Assembly (NCBI GenBank): GCA_043821645.1
Contig: JBDRCO010000037.1
Coordinates: 1-64,000 of the forward strand
Direction of reading: 5' to 3'
DNA from: Pseudomonadota bacterium
GTDB taxonomy: Bacteria; Myxococcota; JACRCW01; JAFGSX01
DNA: 64,000 bases
Below are positions 49,189 through 61,025 of this stretch, piece by piece. The notes below the pieces were generated by a model. The model saw only the letters and a list, made by a program, of their open reading frames with translations, had not been told where the DNA came from and made no database searches. Numbering within the stretch: the stretch's first letter is position 1; every line of letters starts with the position of its first letter. The position numbers and the translations under genes were made by a program.

Positions 49189-50166
49189 TCAACCGCGACG
49201 GGGTTTCTCGGGCTTGTTGACCGGGTTCGCGGGAGCCTCGCCGCGCAACACCCTGGCCACGTTGTCGACGACACGATCACCCATGGCCAGGCGAGTCTCG
49301 CGGGTGGCACTGCCCAGGTGCGGGACCAGCACCACGTTGTCGAGGCCAAGCAGGCGTGGGTCGATGTCCGGTTCTTGCTCGTACACATCCAGACCCGCCG
49401 CCGCGATCCAGCGTCGCACCAGGGCGTCGGTCAGGGCTTCCTCGTCGATGACAGGCCCGCGTGAAGTATTGACCAGCACCGCGTTGCGCTTCATCCACTT
49501 CAGGTTGTCGGCGTGGATCAGATGGTAGGTCTCCTCGGTCAGGGGCACGTGCAAGCTGACGAAGTCGCTGTGCCTGAGCAGGGTCTCGAGGTCGACCTCG
49601 CGGTCACCCTCCAGGGCCTCGACGTTGTCGCCAGGGCCCACGGTGTACAGCACCTGCATGTCGAAGCCATGCGCTCGCCTGGCAACAGCGCGGCCAATGC
49701 GGCCGTAGCCCACGATACCCAGGGTCTTGTGGTGCAGGTCGACACCGAGCAGCAGATCCAGCTCCCAGCCCCGGAACGCGCCCGAGCGAACCAGGCGCTC
49801 GCCCTCGGGGACCCGGCGGGCTGCAGACAGCATCAGGGCAAAGGCCATGTCTGCCGTGCTGTCGGTGAGCACATCGGGTGTGTTGGTGACGTGGATGCCC
49901 TGCCGTTCGGCGCAGCCGAGGTCGATGTTGTTGACGCCCACGGCGTAGTTCGCGATGACGCGCAAACGCGGCAACCTGGCGAGCACGGACTCGTCGACGA
50001 TGTCATCGAGCAGGCAGACCAGCGCATCGGCCTGGGCCAGGTCGGGGTGACCCTTGCGCAGACCCTCGACGCCGATGTCGCGTACCTCTCCCAGGGCCTT
50101 CAACTGCTCCAGCGTCGGGGGCAGCAGCTGATGGGTGACCAGGATCAATGGTGCGGTGGCGTTCAT
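49189..50166 (-). CDS. D-isomer 2-hydroxyacid dehydrogenase (glyoxylate reductase-like)
   Basis: TNTPDVLT, GYGRIG, NTSRG, GLDVYEQEP, PHLGSAT. Confidence 0.93.
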   Translation of the reverse strand: MNATAPLILVTHQLLPPTLEQLKALGEVRDIGVEGLRKGHPDLAQADALVCLLDDIVDESVLARLPRLRVIANYAVGVNNIDLGCAERQGIHVTNTPDVLTDSTADMAFALMLSAARRVPEGERLVRSGAFRGWELDLLLGVDLHHKTLGIVGYGRIGRAVARRAHGFDMQVLYTVGPGDNVEALEGDREVDLETLLRHSDFVSLHVPLTEETYHLIHADNLKWMKRNAVLVNTSRGPVIDEEALTDALVRRWIAAAGLDVYEQEPDIDPRLLGLDNVVLVPHLGSATRETRLAMGDRVVDNVARVLRGEAPANPVNKPEKPRRG

Positions 50167-50263
50167 GGCGCCCGACTTTAACAGAACTGGCGCACGGGCC
50201 AATCCGCTTTTGTCGAACCTCGTCGTCGTATCGGTGGCGCGCCAATTCGGCTAGCCTGGCGCC

Positions 50264-52612
50264 ATGTGGCGGACGCGCACGGCCATCGCGCTGGTGACCC
50301 TGGCCAGCCTGCTGTTCGAGGTGACCCTCACCCGGGTTCTGTCCTTCACACTGTGGTACCACTTCGCTTTTCTCGTCGTGGGTGTGGCGCTGCTCGGCTC
50401 GGCCTCCGCCGGCACCTGGCTTGCCACGCGTCGGGCCAGCGTCGACACCGTGGTCACCTGGCGCTGGGCACTGGTGCTGGCGCTGGCTCTGCCGGTGTCC
50501 CACGCGGCCTTCCAACTCATCCCCTTCGAGCCGTTTCGCCTCGCCCTGGAGCCGATGCAGTGGGTGCTGGGCGCGTTCGGGGTGGTGGTCCTGGCCGCGC
50601 CCTTTTTTGCCAACGGCGTGATCCTGTCCTCGTTGCTGGCGCGTGCGGGCGAGCGGCCCTACCCGGTGTACGCCGCGGATCTGCTCGGCGCGGGTCTTGG
50701 TGCTACCCTTGCTCCCCTGGTCATCGGGCGGGTCGGTGCGCCCGGCGCCATCGTTGTCGCCGCCGTGCTGGCCGGCGTGGCAGCCCTGCTCTTCGCCTGG
50801 GTCGAGCGGGGCATCGCGCGCTGGCTCAGCGCCGGGGTGGTGTTCGGTCTCATCGTGCTGCTGCCCACCGCGCACCAGGTCCTGCCCTGGCGCGTGAGCG
50901 CCGACAAGCGGATCGGGGGTCAATCCGCAGAGGCTGTGCTGCGCCAGGAAAGGCTGGTGCGGTGGTCAGGCTGGGATATCGCCTCCCGGGTCGATGTCAT
51001 CGCCACCCGGGAGGGCGCGCGCATCCTGGTTGACGCCGGCACCGCGATGACCCGCGTGCCTCGTGTTCCCGCGACGCTCGACCACCTGACGCCCATCGTC
51101 GATGCCACGGCGGCGGTGTTGCAGCCCGCCCGCGGGCAGCGCGTACTGATCGTCGGATCCGGTGGTGGCTGGGAGGTCCTGCGTGCTCTCTCGCACGGCG
51201 CCGCCCTGGTCGACGCCGTTGAGATCAACCCGCTCGTGGTGCGCTGGGTGCAGCAGGACCTGCGCGACGGTGCGGCGCGTCTGCATCAGGATCCTCGTGT
51301 GAGGCTCCACCTCGACGAGGCACGGGCCTTCTTGACCGCGCACGACACGCGCTACCGGGCCATTCTGATGGTGCACACCATCAGCAACGCAGCCTACGGC
51401 GCCGGCGCCATGAGCCTGGCCGAGGACTACATCCTGACCCGCGAGGCCTTTGTCACCCTGCTGGCACATCTCGACGACGAGGGACTGTTGCTGGTGACGC
51501 GGCCAGATGCCCAGCTGGCTCGCCTGGTGCGGACCGTGCAAGCAGCACTGCCTGGGGGTGTCGAGGTGGATCACACGGGGCTGGCCTTCGTGGACCCCCG
51601 CGGTGCCGGTTTCTTTGCCGGACTCATCACCTCGAGGCGTGCGCTCACTCCCGAGACGCGTTCGCGCATCGAGCAGCTCCTGACGACGCTGGGTCTTCAG
51701 GTGCGGGTCCCGTCGTCGCTGCGCGCACCTTCGTCGCGATCGATCACAACGCCGGCCTCCGACGACCAGCCCTTCTTCTCGCAACGTGTTCGATTTTCGG
51801 ACCTTGGGCTGGCGGATCTTGGCGCTGTGCTGGGGGGGCGCAGCTCTGACCTCGACGCGCGAGGATCACAGCACGCTGCCGATGGCCGCATGGCCCTCGA
51901 GGAAAGACCCGTGGCCGAGATCGCTGCCGTGGGCACGGGCTTCATCGCCTGCCTGGTCGGGTTGCTCGGGGTGCTGCTTCCTCTGATCCTGGCGCGACGC
52001 ACCCGGCGCCAGCTCGCGGCGCAGCCTGCGGCGGTCGTGCTGCGCTTCGTGGCCCTGGGACTGGCCTTTCTGTTCGTCGAGATCGCCTTGATGCAGAAGC
52101 TGACCCGCGTTCTTGGCCACCCGTCGCTATCCTTCGCCGTGGTTCTCGGTGCCCTGCTCGTGGGCACAGGTCTCTCGAGCCTGCTGCTGGCTCCCAGGTT
52201 GGCGACCCGGCTGCGTCCCCTGCGAGCAGCACTCTGGATCGCGGCGGCCAGCGCGGGCCTACTCGCGGTCAGCCTGAGCGCTGTGCTTGGCTTGGTCGAG
52301 GCTGCGCCCCTGGCTGTGCGTATTCTCGCAGCTCTGCTGCTGTGCACCGGCATGGGTCTGGCCATGGGCCTGCCTTTCCCCACCGCGCTGCGCGATCTGG
52401 CGCAGCAAGGGGGGAGCGTGCCGTGGGCCTTCGGCGTCAACGGCTTTGCCTCGGTGGCTGCACCGGCTCTCGCTCTGGTCGCAGGCGCCGAGTTCGGCCT
52501 GACGGCGACTCTGCTCGTGGGATCATTGCTCTATGCCTTGTGTGGAGTGTTGCCCGAGAGCACACCGCCGCCGCGTCCGGACCTGTCCCGCGCTGGAGGA
52601 GCGGAGTCATGA
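50264..52612 (+). CDS. Multi-TM protein with central spermidine synthase-like SAM-binding domain
   Basis: YAADLLGAG, VLIVGSGGG.EV, AVEINP, T.EAF, SDDQPFF, GLPFP, WAFGVNG. Confidence 0.8.
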   Translation: MWRTRTAIALVTLASLLFEVTLTRVLSFTLWYHFAFLVVGVALLGSASAGTWLATRRASVDTVVTWRWALVLALALPVSHAAFQLIPFEPFRLALEPMQWVLGAFGVVVLAAPFFANGVILSSLLARAGERPYPVYAADLLGAGLGATLAPLVIGRVGAPGAIVVAAVLAGVAALLFAWVERGIARWLSAGVVFGLIVLLPTAHQVLPWRVSADKRIGGQSAEAVLRQERLVRWSGWDIASRVDVIATREGARILVDAGTAMTRVPRVPATLDHLTPIVDATAAVLQPARGQRVLIVGSGGGWEVLRALSHGAALVDAVEINPLVVRWVQQDLRDGAARLHQDPRVRLHLDEARAFLTAHDTRYRAILMVHTISNAAYGAGAMSLAEDYILTREAFVTLLAHLDDEGLLLVTRPDAQLARLVRTVQAALPGGVEVDHTGLAFVDPRGAGFFAGLITSRRALTPETRSRIEQLLTTLGLQVRVPSSLRAPSSRSITTPASDDQPFFSQRVRFSDLGLADLGAVLGGRSSDLDARGSQHAADGRMALEERPVAEIAAVGTGFIACLVGLLGVLLPLILARRTRRQLAAQPAAVVLRFVALGLAFLFVEIALMQKLTRVLGHPSLSFAVVLGALLVGTGLSSLLLAPRLATRLRPLRAALWIAAASAGLLAVSLSAVLGLVEAAPLAVRILAALLLCTGMGLAMGLPFPTALRDLAQQGGSVPWAFGVNGFASVAAPALALVAGAEFGLTATLLVGSLLYALCGVLPESTPPPRPDLSRAGGAES

Positions 52613-53754
52613 AGAAGCCGCTCGTCATCGCCGCCTCCTTGTTGACGCTTGTTCTCGTCGCTGCGGTGCTGGCATTCATCACCCTGGACAGGTGGGTGTT
52701 CGCGGCGCTGGATCCTGGCGTCTTTGATCCAGACAAGACTCCCGCCGCCCCCGACTACGGCAAGGAAGCGGCCTGGGCGGCGCTGCCCACGATGGTGGAC
52801 GACGCCGACACTGCGCTGCCCGAGTTACCTGCCGTGGACCCCGCGGCGGCCGCGGCCGATGTGTTCTTCGTCCACCCCACGACCTCCCTTGGCTCGTCGT
52901 GGAATGCTCCGCCAAACGATCCCGTCGTGGTGCAAGCCACGGCTCGCGGTGCCACGCTGATCCAGGCGAGCGTCTTCAACGCCTGCTGTGCGGTGTATGC
53001 CCCGCGTTATCGACAGGCCCATGGCACGACCTTCGTGGAACCCAGTCCAGACGGAGCACGCGCCCAGGACATCGCCTACTCGGATGTGGCTGCTGCATTC
53101 GAGTTTTTCCTCGAGCACCACAGCCGTGGCCGCCCCTTCATCCTGGCCTCGCACAGCCAGGGAACAGTGCTGTCGGCACGCCTGCTGCGCGAGCGCATCT
53201 GGGGGCAGGAAGCAGGCTCTCGCCTCGTCGCGGCCTACCTGATCGGAGGACCCATCACGCGCCTGGTTCTGGGACCCGAGATTCCCCTCTGTGCATCCGC
53301 GGAGCAGACGGGCTGCGTCATCGCCTACAATGCCCGGGGGCCTCGCTACGTCGGCAATGACCTGGATTTCGCCAATCCAGGCGGCAAGGCTGTCGGTCGT
53401 CCAACCCACGGTTGGCTTTGCACCAATCCGCTCTCCTGGTCCACGGACGACGTCCGGGCGCCGGCCTCTGCGCACGCGGGGGCGCTGTTTCTGGACGCGG
53501 ACACGCCCCGGGTCCTGCCCAGCTTTGCCGATGCCCGGTGCCAGGACGGGCGCCTGCTCGTCGAGAAGATCGGCGACATCCCCCGGCGCGATGTCATGAG
53601 CTGGTTGTTGCTGAGGATCATCGGGCCGCAGAACTACCACCCCATCGAGTACCAGCTGTTCTACGTCAACCTGCGGCGGAACGCGCAGGTGCGCGTCCGG
53701 GCCTGGCTGGAACATCGTGCAGAGATTGTGGCTCCCGCCAGCATGCCCGGCTGA
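52609..53754 (+). CDS. DUF3089 family alpha/beta hydrolase
   Basis: PDY..AAWAALP, DVFFVHPT, YAPRYRQA, ILASHSQG, AAYLIG, YH..Y.LFY. Confidence 0.88.
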   Translation: MKKPLVIAASLLTLVLVAAVLAFITLDRWVFAALDPGVFDPDKTPAAPDYGKEAAWAALPTMVDDADTALPELPAVDPAAAAADVFFVHPTTSLGSSWNAPPNDPVVVQATARGATLIQASVFNACCAVYAPRYRQAHGTTFVEPSPDGARAQDIAYSDVAAAFEFFLEHHSRGRPFILASHSQGTVLSARLLRERIWGQEAGSRLVAAYLIGGPITRLVLGPEIPLCASAEQTGCVIAYNARGPRYVGNDLDFANPGGKAVGRPTHGWLCTNPLSWSTDDVRAPASAHAGALFLDADTPRVLPSFADARCQDGRLLVEKIGDIPRRDVMSWLLLRIIGPQNYHPIEYQLFYVNLRRNAQVRVRAWLEHRAEIVAPASMPG

Positions 53755-53934
53755 ATCGTGACATTCACCTCCCCAACGCATGGCCACCGATTGTTGTTTG
53801 CGCCCCATTCTCTGAGCTAGGCTGCCCCCTCTTCTGGTGCTGCTGCGGGGGCTTGCAGCATCCGACCATGGCAGCGGTCTCGCATGGTTGCCTGTGGAAG
53901 CGGTCGCTCATTTTTTTCAGGTGAGGTGTCGTGC

Positions 53935-54834
53935 ATGCCCTGTCCCCCTCTTGTTGATCCCGCGGGAACCTTGACCCGAAGTCTCGCGCGTCTGCGTGGC
54001 GGCATGGTAGTCGCGGTCTTGTTCTCGACGCTGCTCGCCTTCAACGGGCTGCAGGTGGTCAGCCTGCTGGTGCGGCTGTTCTCGTTGCGCGCGTTTCGCG
54101 CCATCAATCGCTGGGGTGCGAACACCTGGTGGGGATGGTGCACCTACATGGCGGCCTGGGGATATGGCACGGGCATCGCGCTCAGTGGCGACGAGCTGCC
54201 TCCGCTCGAACACGTGCTGCTGCTATCCAACCATCAGCAGATGGCGGACATCACCTTCTTGATGTTTCTCGGTCGACGCCAGCAGCGGCTGGGCGACATG
54301 AAGTGGTTCGTCAAGGACATCGTCAAATGGGTTCCGGGCGTGGGCTGGGGCATGCTGTTCCTCGACTGTCTGTTCGTGAAGCGGCAGTGGGCCGAGGACC
54401 GGAACTCCATCGCGCGCACCTTCGCCAGCATTCTCAAGGGACGCGTTCCTTTGTGGCTGATCCTGTTCCCCGAGGGCACGCGAATCACCGCCAGCAAGGT
54501 CCAGCGCAGCCATGACAAGGCCCTGCGCAAGGGCACGGCGCGCTACGATCACGTGCTGCCACCGCACACGCGTGGTTTCACGGCCTCGGTGCAGGGACTG
54601 CGCGAGCACCTGCACGCCGTGTACGACGTCAGCATCGCCTACGAGCAGGGCGTCCCGTCGCTGTGGCAGTACATCCAGGGCTTTGGTCGCCTGGCCCATA
54701 TCCATGTGCGTCGCTACACCATGGACCAGCTCCCGCAGGAGGACGCCGAGCTCGACCGCTGGTTGCAGGACAGGTGGGCTGAAAAGGACAGGTTGCTCGG
54801 GTCCTTCTACACCGACGGGACTTTCGCTGTCTGA
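53935..54834 (+). CDS. Lysophospholipid acyltransferase (PlsC/YihG-like)
   Basis: SNHQQMAD (HxxxxD), FVKR.W, FPEGTR. Confidence 0.88.
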   Translation: MPCPPLVDPAGTLTRSLARLRGGMVVAVLFSTLLAFNGLQVVSLLVRLFSLRAFRAINRWGANTWWGWCTYMAAWGYGTGIALSGDELPPLEHVLLLSNHQQMADITFLMFLGRRQQRLGDMKWFVKDIVKWVPGVGWGMLFLDCLFVKRQWAEDRNSIARTFASILKGRVPLWLILFPEGTRITASKVQRSHDKALRKGTARYDHVLPPHTRGFTASVQGLREHLHAVYDVSIAYEQGVPSLWQYIQGFGRLAHIHVRRYTMDQLPQEDAELDRWLQDRWAEKDRLLGSFYTDGTFAV

Positions 54835-55009
54835 CCGGGCTCGGAGAGCGCAGGACGATTGTGGCATACCCTGATACGCGAGCGCCGCGGGGGCCCGAGG
54901 CCGCCTGTTGACCCGATCAGGGCGCGATGCTACCGCTGCCAGGTCCGTCTCACCGTCGGAGCCGCGCCCGCGGGGACGCGCGCAAACCGACCAGCTCGAG
55001 GAGTTCGCC

Positions 55010-56185
55010 ATGCCCAACGCCGTCATCGTCGGAGCAGCCCGCACCCCCATCGGTGCTTTCCAGGGATCCCTGTCGTCCCTTTCCGCGGCCAAGCTCGGCG
55101 CCGTCGCCATCAAGGCAGCCCTCGAGCGCGCGGGTGTCGCGCCCGACCAGGTCGACCAGGTGTACATGGGCAACGTGCTCATGGGTGGCCAAGGGCAAGC
55201 CCCGGCGCGCCAGGCCGCCATCTACGCCGGTCTGCCCAAGAAGGTGCCCTGCACCACCATCAACAAGGTGTGCGGCTCGGGCCTCAAGGCGGTGATGCTG
55301 GCCGCCAACGAGATCCGCCTGGGCGAGGCCCAGGTGGTGGTGGCCGGCGGCATGGAGTCCATGAGCAACGCGCCCTACTACCTGTTCAAGGCACGCGACG
55401 GCTATCGCATGGGCAATGGTGAGCTGGTCGACGGCATGATTCACGACGGCCTATGGGACCCCTACGGCAACGTGCACATGGGGACCTGTGGTGACCTGTG
55501 TGCCCGCGAGAAGAACTTCAGTCGCGAGGACCAGGACGCCTTCTCGAAGACCAGCTATGAAAGAGCGCAGAAGGCCTGGGCCGAGGGCCTGTTTCAGGAT
55601 GAGGTGGTGCCGGTCCAGATCCCGCAGAGAAAGGGCGATCCTGTCGTCGTCAGCCAGGATGAGGAGCCGGCCAAGGGCAACTTCAAGAAAATGCCCGAGC
55701 TGCGACCCGCGTTCGGCAAGGAGGGAACGGTCACAGCGGCCAACGCCAGCAAGATCGACGATGGCGCAGCGGCGGTGGTGGTGGTCAGCGAGGACTACGC
55801 CAAGCAGCACAGGCTGACCGTGCTCGGTCGCATCGTGGCCTACGACGGTGTTGCCCAGGAGCCCGAGTGGTTCACCACCGCGCCGGTGGGCGCGATCCAG
55901 CGCACCCTCGACAAGGTCAAGCTGAGCACAGGAGACATCGACCTGTACGAGATCAACGAGGCCTTCGCCGTCGTCACCATGGTGACGATGCGCGAGCTGA
56001 AGCTCGACCATGCCAAGGTCAACGTGCATGGCGGCGCCGTGTCCCTGGGGCACCCCATTGGCTGCTCCGGAACCCGCATCCTGGTCACCCTGTTGCACGC
56101 CATGAAAGCCCGCGGTGCCAAGCGTGGCCTGGCGTCGCTGTGCATTGGTGGTGGCGAGGCGGTGGCCCTGGTCGTCGAGAGATGA
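55010..56185 (+). CDS. Acetyl-CoA C-acetyltransferase (thiolase)
   Basis: NKVCGSG, NEAFA, GHPIGCSG, LCIGGG. Confidence 0.95.
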   Translation: MPNAVIVGAARTPIGAFQGSLSSLSAAKLGAVAIKAALERAGVAPDQVDQVYMGNVLMGGQGQAPARQAAIYAGLPKKVPCTTINKVCGSGLKAVMLAANEIRLGEAQVVVAGGMESMSNAPYYLFKARDGYRMGNGELVDGMIHDGLWDPYGNVHMGTCGDLCAREKNFSREDQDAFSKTSYERAQKAWAEGLFQDEVVPVQIPQRKGDPVVVSQDEEPAKGNFKKMPELRPAFGKEGTVTAANASKIDDGAAAVVVVSEDYAKQHRLTVLGRIVAYDGVAQEPEWFTTAPVGAIQRTLDKVKLSTGDIDLYEINEAFAVVTMVTMRELKLDHAKVNVHGGAVSLGHPIGCSGTRILVTLLHAMKARGAKRGLASLCIGGGEAVALVVER

Positions 56186-56186
56186 T

Positions 56187-56453
56187 GTGAAGATCCCATC
56201 CCGCGACCGCGATCTCGAGCCCATCCTCGATGAGCTGAGGCAGAACTTCGACCGTGCCATGAACCTGGACGTGCAGGGTCTGCGCGAGCGTGTCGAGCTG
56301 CTCGAGGCCGAGAACCGCGGCCTGCGCGGGGAGCTGGTCGAACTCAAGCAGGGCTTCGAGCTGTTGCGCCACATCGCCAGCGAGCACGAGGAGCGGCTCA
56401 AGCTGGTCGAGAAGGGCGCCACCGTGACCGCGGCCGTACGCCGCACAGCCTGA
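56187..56453 (+). CDS. Small coiled-coil protein
   Basis: 88-aa heptad-rich ORF starting at GTG 1 bp after the thiolase stop. Confidence 0.65.
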   Translation: MKIPSRDRDLEPILDELRQNFDRAMNLDVQGLRERVELLEAENRGLRGELVELKQGFELLRHIASEHEERLKLVEKGATVTAAVRRTA

Positions 56454-56477
56454 CGATTTGCACATCCGGAGGACGTG

Positions 56478-57620
<1,143 letters not shown>

Positions 57621-57687
57621 CGCTGCTCCGAGGTCTGGATACCCACAAGGACAGCGCTGCAAGCATCCCATCTGGGGAGGTCGAGAG

Positions 57688-58833
57688 ATGGATTTCGAGC
57701 TGAGTGAAGATCATCGTCTGGTGCAAGAAGCTGCTCGCGATTTTGCGATTCGAGCCGTGGCGCCGGGGGCCGCGGAGCGGGATCGCACACACATCTTTCC
57801 CGTCGACATCATCGGTCAGCTCGCCGAGCTCGGTTTCCTTGGCGTCAAGGTCAAGGATACCTATGGCGGTGCTGGCTGCGACTTCACGTCCTATGCTCTT
57901 GTCATGCGTGAGATCTCGCGCGCCTGTGCCTCGACGGCGGTGGCCATGGCCGTGACCAATATGGTGGCCGATGCCATCGAGATGTTCGGCAGCGACGAGC
58001 AGAAGCAGCGCCTGTTGCCTCCGCTGATGCGTGGTGAGCTGTGCACCGGGGCCTTCTGCCTGTCCGAGCCAGAGGCGGGCAGCGACGCCACGGCCGTGCG
58101 CTGCACCGCGCGCCTGGATGGCGACCACTACGTGCTCGACGGCACCAAGCAGTGGGTGACCAACGGTGTCAACGCGGGCCTGGCCGTGATCTTTGCCACA
58201 CTCGATCGCAGCCGCGGCAAGGACGCGCTGTGCGCCTTCGTGGTCGAGAAGGGTACACCGGGCTTCTCGGTGGCCAGGGTTGAGGAGAAGATGGGCTTGC
58301 GGTCGTCGGAAACCGCGCAGCTTGTGCTGGACGGTGCCCGGGTGCCCGCGGCCAACCGTCTCGGCGCCGAAGGGGAGGGCGCGCGCATTGCCTTCGGCGT
58401 GCTCGATGGCGGGCGCGTGGGTGTGTCGTCGCAGGCCGTGGGTGTTGGCGAGGCCGCCCTGGCCGAGGGCGTCAAGTTCGCCCGCGAGCGCAAGGCCTTT
58501 GGCAAGGCCGTGGCCGAGTTCCAGGCGCTGCAGTGGATGATCGCAGATACCGCCACCGAGCTCGAAGCGGCGTGGCTGCTGACCTTGCGTGCCGCCAACC
58601 TGCGCGACGCCGGGCAGCGCGTGACTCGCGAGGCGTCGATGGCCAAGGTCTTTGCCACCGAGGCCTGCGGTCGTGCCGTGGATCGCATGCTTCAGATCCA
58701 CGGTGGCTACGGCTACACCCGCGATTACCCCATCGAGCGCCTGTACCGCGACGCCCGGGTGTTTCGCATCTACGAGGGCACTTCCGAGATCCAGCGCCTG
58801 GTCATCGCGCGGCAGCTCCTGCAGGAGCAGTGA
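57688..58833 (+). CDS. Acyl-CoA dehydrogenase
   Basis: [32 protein letters not shown]. Confidence 0.95.
   Translation: MDFELSEDHRLVQEAARDFAIRAVAPGAAERDRTHIFPVDIIGQLAELGFLGVKVKDTYGGAGCDFTSYALVMREISRACASTAVAMAVTNMVADAIEMFGSDEQKQRLLPPLMRGELCTGAFCLSEPEAGSDATAVRCTARLDGDHYVLDGTKQWVTNGVNAGLAVIFATLDRSRGKDALCAFVVEKGTPGFSVARVEEKMGLRSSETAQLVLDGARVPAANRLGAEGEGARIAFGVLDGGRVGVSSQAVGVGEAALAEGVKFARERKAFGKAVAEFQALQWMIADTATELEAAWLLTLRAANLRDAGQRVTREASMAKVFATEACGRAVDRMLQIHGGYGYTRDYPIERLYRDARVFRIYEGTSEIQRLVIARQLLQEQ
58591..58823 (+). repeat. 233-bp direct repeat, copy 1 (3' end of the acyl-CoA dehydrogenase)
   Basis: Aligns without gaps to 61026-61258; 7 mismatches by my count. Confidence 0.95.
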
Positions 58834-58873
58834 TGGACTCCTGTCGCTTCTCTTCCGCATTTTGTCACGAAGG

Positions 58874-61024
58874 ATGGCAAGAGTGAGGAGTGCGGCCACT
58901 CCTGGAACCAGCACAATGTTTTCGACCCTGAGAGCACTCTTAGCAGCCCATCGCACAGCCTTGTCGCTGCTCGTCCTCGGCTTCACCACCCTGTTCCTCG
59001 AACTCGCGCTCATCCGGTTTCTCTCTGCCAGTGTCTGGAACCTGGGCTACTTTCCAAACTTCGTGTTGATGGCAGTGTTCATCGGCATGGGCCTCGGCTT
59101 CGTGCTGAATCGCCGTCTCTCGGATCGCTCGTCAGTCCTCGTTTACGAAGGAACAAGCCTTCTGATGCTCGGGATCATCGCGCTGGCGATCTTCTTTCGA
59201 CCTCAGGTGCCGGGGTTTGGTCCCAACGAGGGGCTGATAGCGGGAGAAGTCTTCTTTTCCGACGACAGGACGAACGACGGCGGCCTGGGCTATCTTTTTC
59301 TTGCGGTCACCTTCGTCTTCGTGATGTTGACTGCAGCGGCAGTTTCCCAGCGAACAGCTCGCCTGTTCAGGCAATTCTCTCCTCTGCTCGCATACTCCCT
59401 GGATATCAGCGGAGCCATACTCGGGATTCTCGTCTTCTCACTCATGAGCTGGGCGCAACTTCCGGCATGGGGTTGGTTTCTCGTCGTCAGCTCCACCTTT
59501 TTGGCCGCGGCCCCAAAGACGCCTGCATGGAGGCGGGGAACAGCGGCCACCCTCCTTGTTGCCATGGTGTACCTGGCTTCTCTCTCTGATCGACACCCGC
59601 TGTGCGTTCCCGAACAGGCCGAGACCTTTCAGTCTTGGTGGTCGCCCTACCAGCGGCTCGACCTGGTCGTCGTGCCACCTCAGCCACTCGCCGTCTGCGC
59701 CAACGGTATTGCTCACCAGGTTCTTCTTCCTGGAGACAAACTCAAGGGTTCCATCTACGACGCGCCGCACCGTGCTCACGCTGCCGCCCACCTACCCCCA
59801 TACCGGCGGGTTCTCATCATTGGAGGCGGGACGGGAAACGATGCGGCGGCGGCACTGATGCACGGTGCGGAGCACATCGACGTCGTGGAGATCGATCCGC
59901 AGATCGCCGCCATCGGCAAGGCTGCGCACCCCGAAAAGCCCTACAGCGATCCCCGCGTCCATCTCATCATCAACGATGGACGCAATTTCATCGAACGTAC
60001 TGAGAATCAGTACGACTTGATCGTTTTCGCGCTTACCGACTCTGTCCTCAAGGTCTCCGCTCACTCCCAGCTGCGCCTCGAGAACTACCTGTTCACGCTG
60101 GAGTCGATCACGGGAGCGTATTCTCGTCTGAGCAGTGATGGGGACCTGATTCTGTGCAACTTCTACCGCCAGGCCTGGTTGGTTCAGAAGCTGCTCGCCA
60201 TGGTCTCGGTGGCGACAGGTCGGACCCCGCACATCGTCATGCAGTCGCACGATTTCGTCATGATCAGCGGGTCCCCATCTGCAGCACCATACCGAGGACC
60301 GGAGTTCGACAAGGACCAGCTACCGGTGGATGACTGGCCCTTCCTGTACCTGAAGCAGCGCGCCGTGCCTGGCTTCTACCTCGGCGTCCTGTCCGCGCTT
60401 GCGCTTTTTGTGGCCGCGATGATCTGGATTGCCCACCGATGGGCCCGCCGAGACCAATCCCAGTCTCATGCCGCGACGAGCATCTGGCTCAAGGTCACGT
60501 TCCTGGCAATGGGGATGGCTTTCATGCTCCTCGAAACGAAGAGCGTTGTGCAGTTCAGCCTGCTTTTCGGAACCACCTGGATCAACTCCTTGCTGGTGTT
60601 TTTGGGAGTCCTCGTATCGGTCCTGATTGCGAACTGGTGTGCTCACGTGCTTCGAGAGAAACGGATCTGGTGGCCGGTGTTCGGGGCTCTCATCCTTGCC
60701 TGCTTGTTACCCCTGGCATTTCCGCTCTCCGCGTTGCTGAACGTGCAATCGGATACCTGGCGTGTCCTCGTGGCGAGCATGCTCACGTTTGCACCGATCT
60801 TCTTTGCGAATCTTCTCTTCGGCGCGGTGTTCGCTCGGCAGCCGGCGGCAGAGAGCCTGTTTGGCTGGAATCTGATTGGATCGACGCTCGGAGGCCTTCT
60901 CGAATACGCCAGCATGGCAACCGGGTACTCATTTCTCGCCGTGCTTGTGGCCCTCCTGTACTGCCTGGCGTTTTTGGCGCTCATGCTGGATGGGCGCCGC
61001 GAAGGAGCTTTGTCATCTGGCTAA
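58874..61024 (+). CDS. Second multi-TM spermidine synthase-like/methyltransferase protein (apparently lower GC)
   Basis: LFLELALIR, WSPYQR, VLIIGGGTGND, VEIDP, DGR.F, RLENYLFTLES, DDWPFLYL, FMLLETKS; start at 58874 or 58916. Confidence 0.82.
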   Translation: MARVRSAATPGTSTMFSTLRALLAAHRTALSLLVLGFTTLFLELALIRFLSASVWNLGYFPNFVLMAVFIGMGLGFVLNRRLSDRSSVLVYEGTSLLMLGIIALAIFFRPQVPGFGPNEGLIAGEVFFSDDRTNDGGLGYLFLAVTFVFVMLTAAAVSQRTARLFRQFSPLLAYSLDISGAILGILVFSLMSWAQLPAWGWFLVVSSTFLAAAPKTPAWRRGTAATLLVAMVYLASLSDRHPLCVPEQAETFQSWWSPYQRLDLVVVPPQPLAVCANGIAHQVLLPGDKLKGSIYDAPHRAHAAAHLPPYRRVLIIGGGTGNDAAAALMHGAEHIDVVEIDPQIAAIGKAAHPEKPYSDPRVHLIINDGRNFIERTENQYDLIVFALTDSVLKVSAHSQLRLENYLFTLESITGAYSRLSSDGDLILCNFYRQAWLVQKLLAMVSVATGRTPHIVMQSHDFVMISGSPSAAPYRGPEFDKDQLPVDDWPFLYLKQRAVPGFYLGVLSALALFVAAMIWIAHRWARRDQSQSHAATSIWLKVTFLAMGMAFMLLETKSVVQFSLLFGTTWINSLLVFLGVLVSVLIANWCAHVLREKRIWWPVFGALILACLLPLAFPLSALLNVQSDTWRVLVASMLTFAPIFFANLLFGAVFARQPAAESLFGWNLIGSTLGGLLEYASMATGYSFLAVLVALLYCLAFLALMLDGRREGALSSG

Positions 61025-61025
61025 C

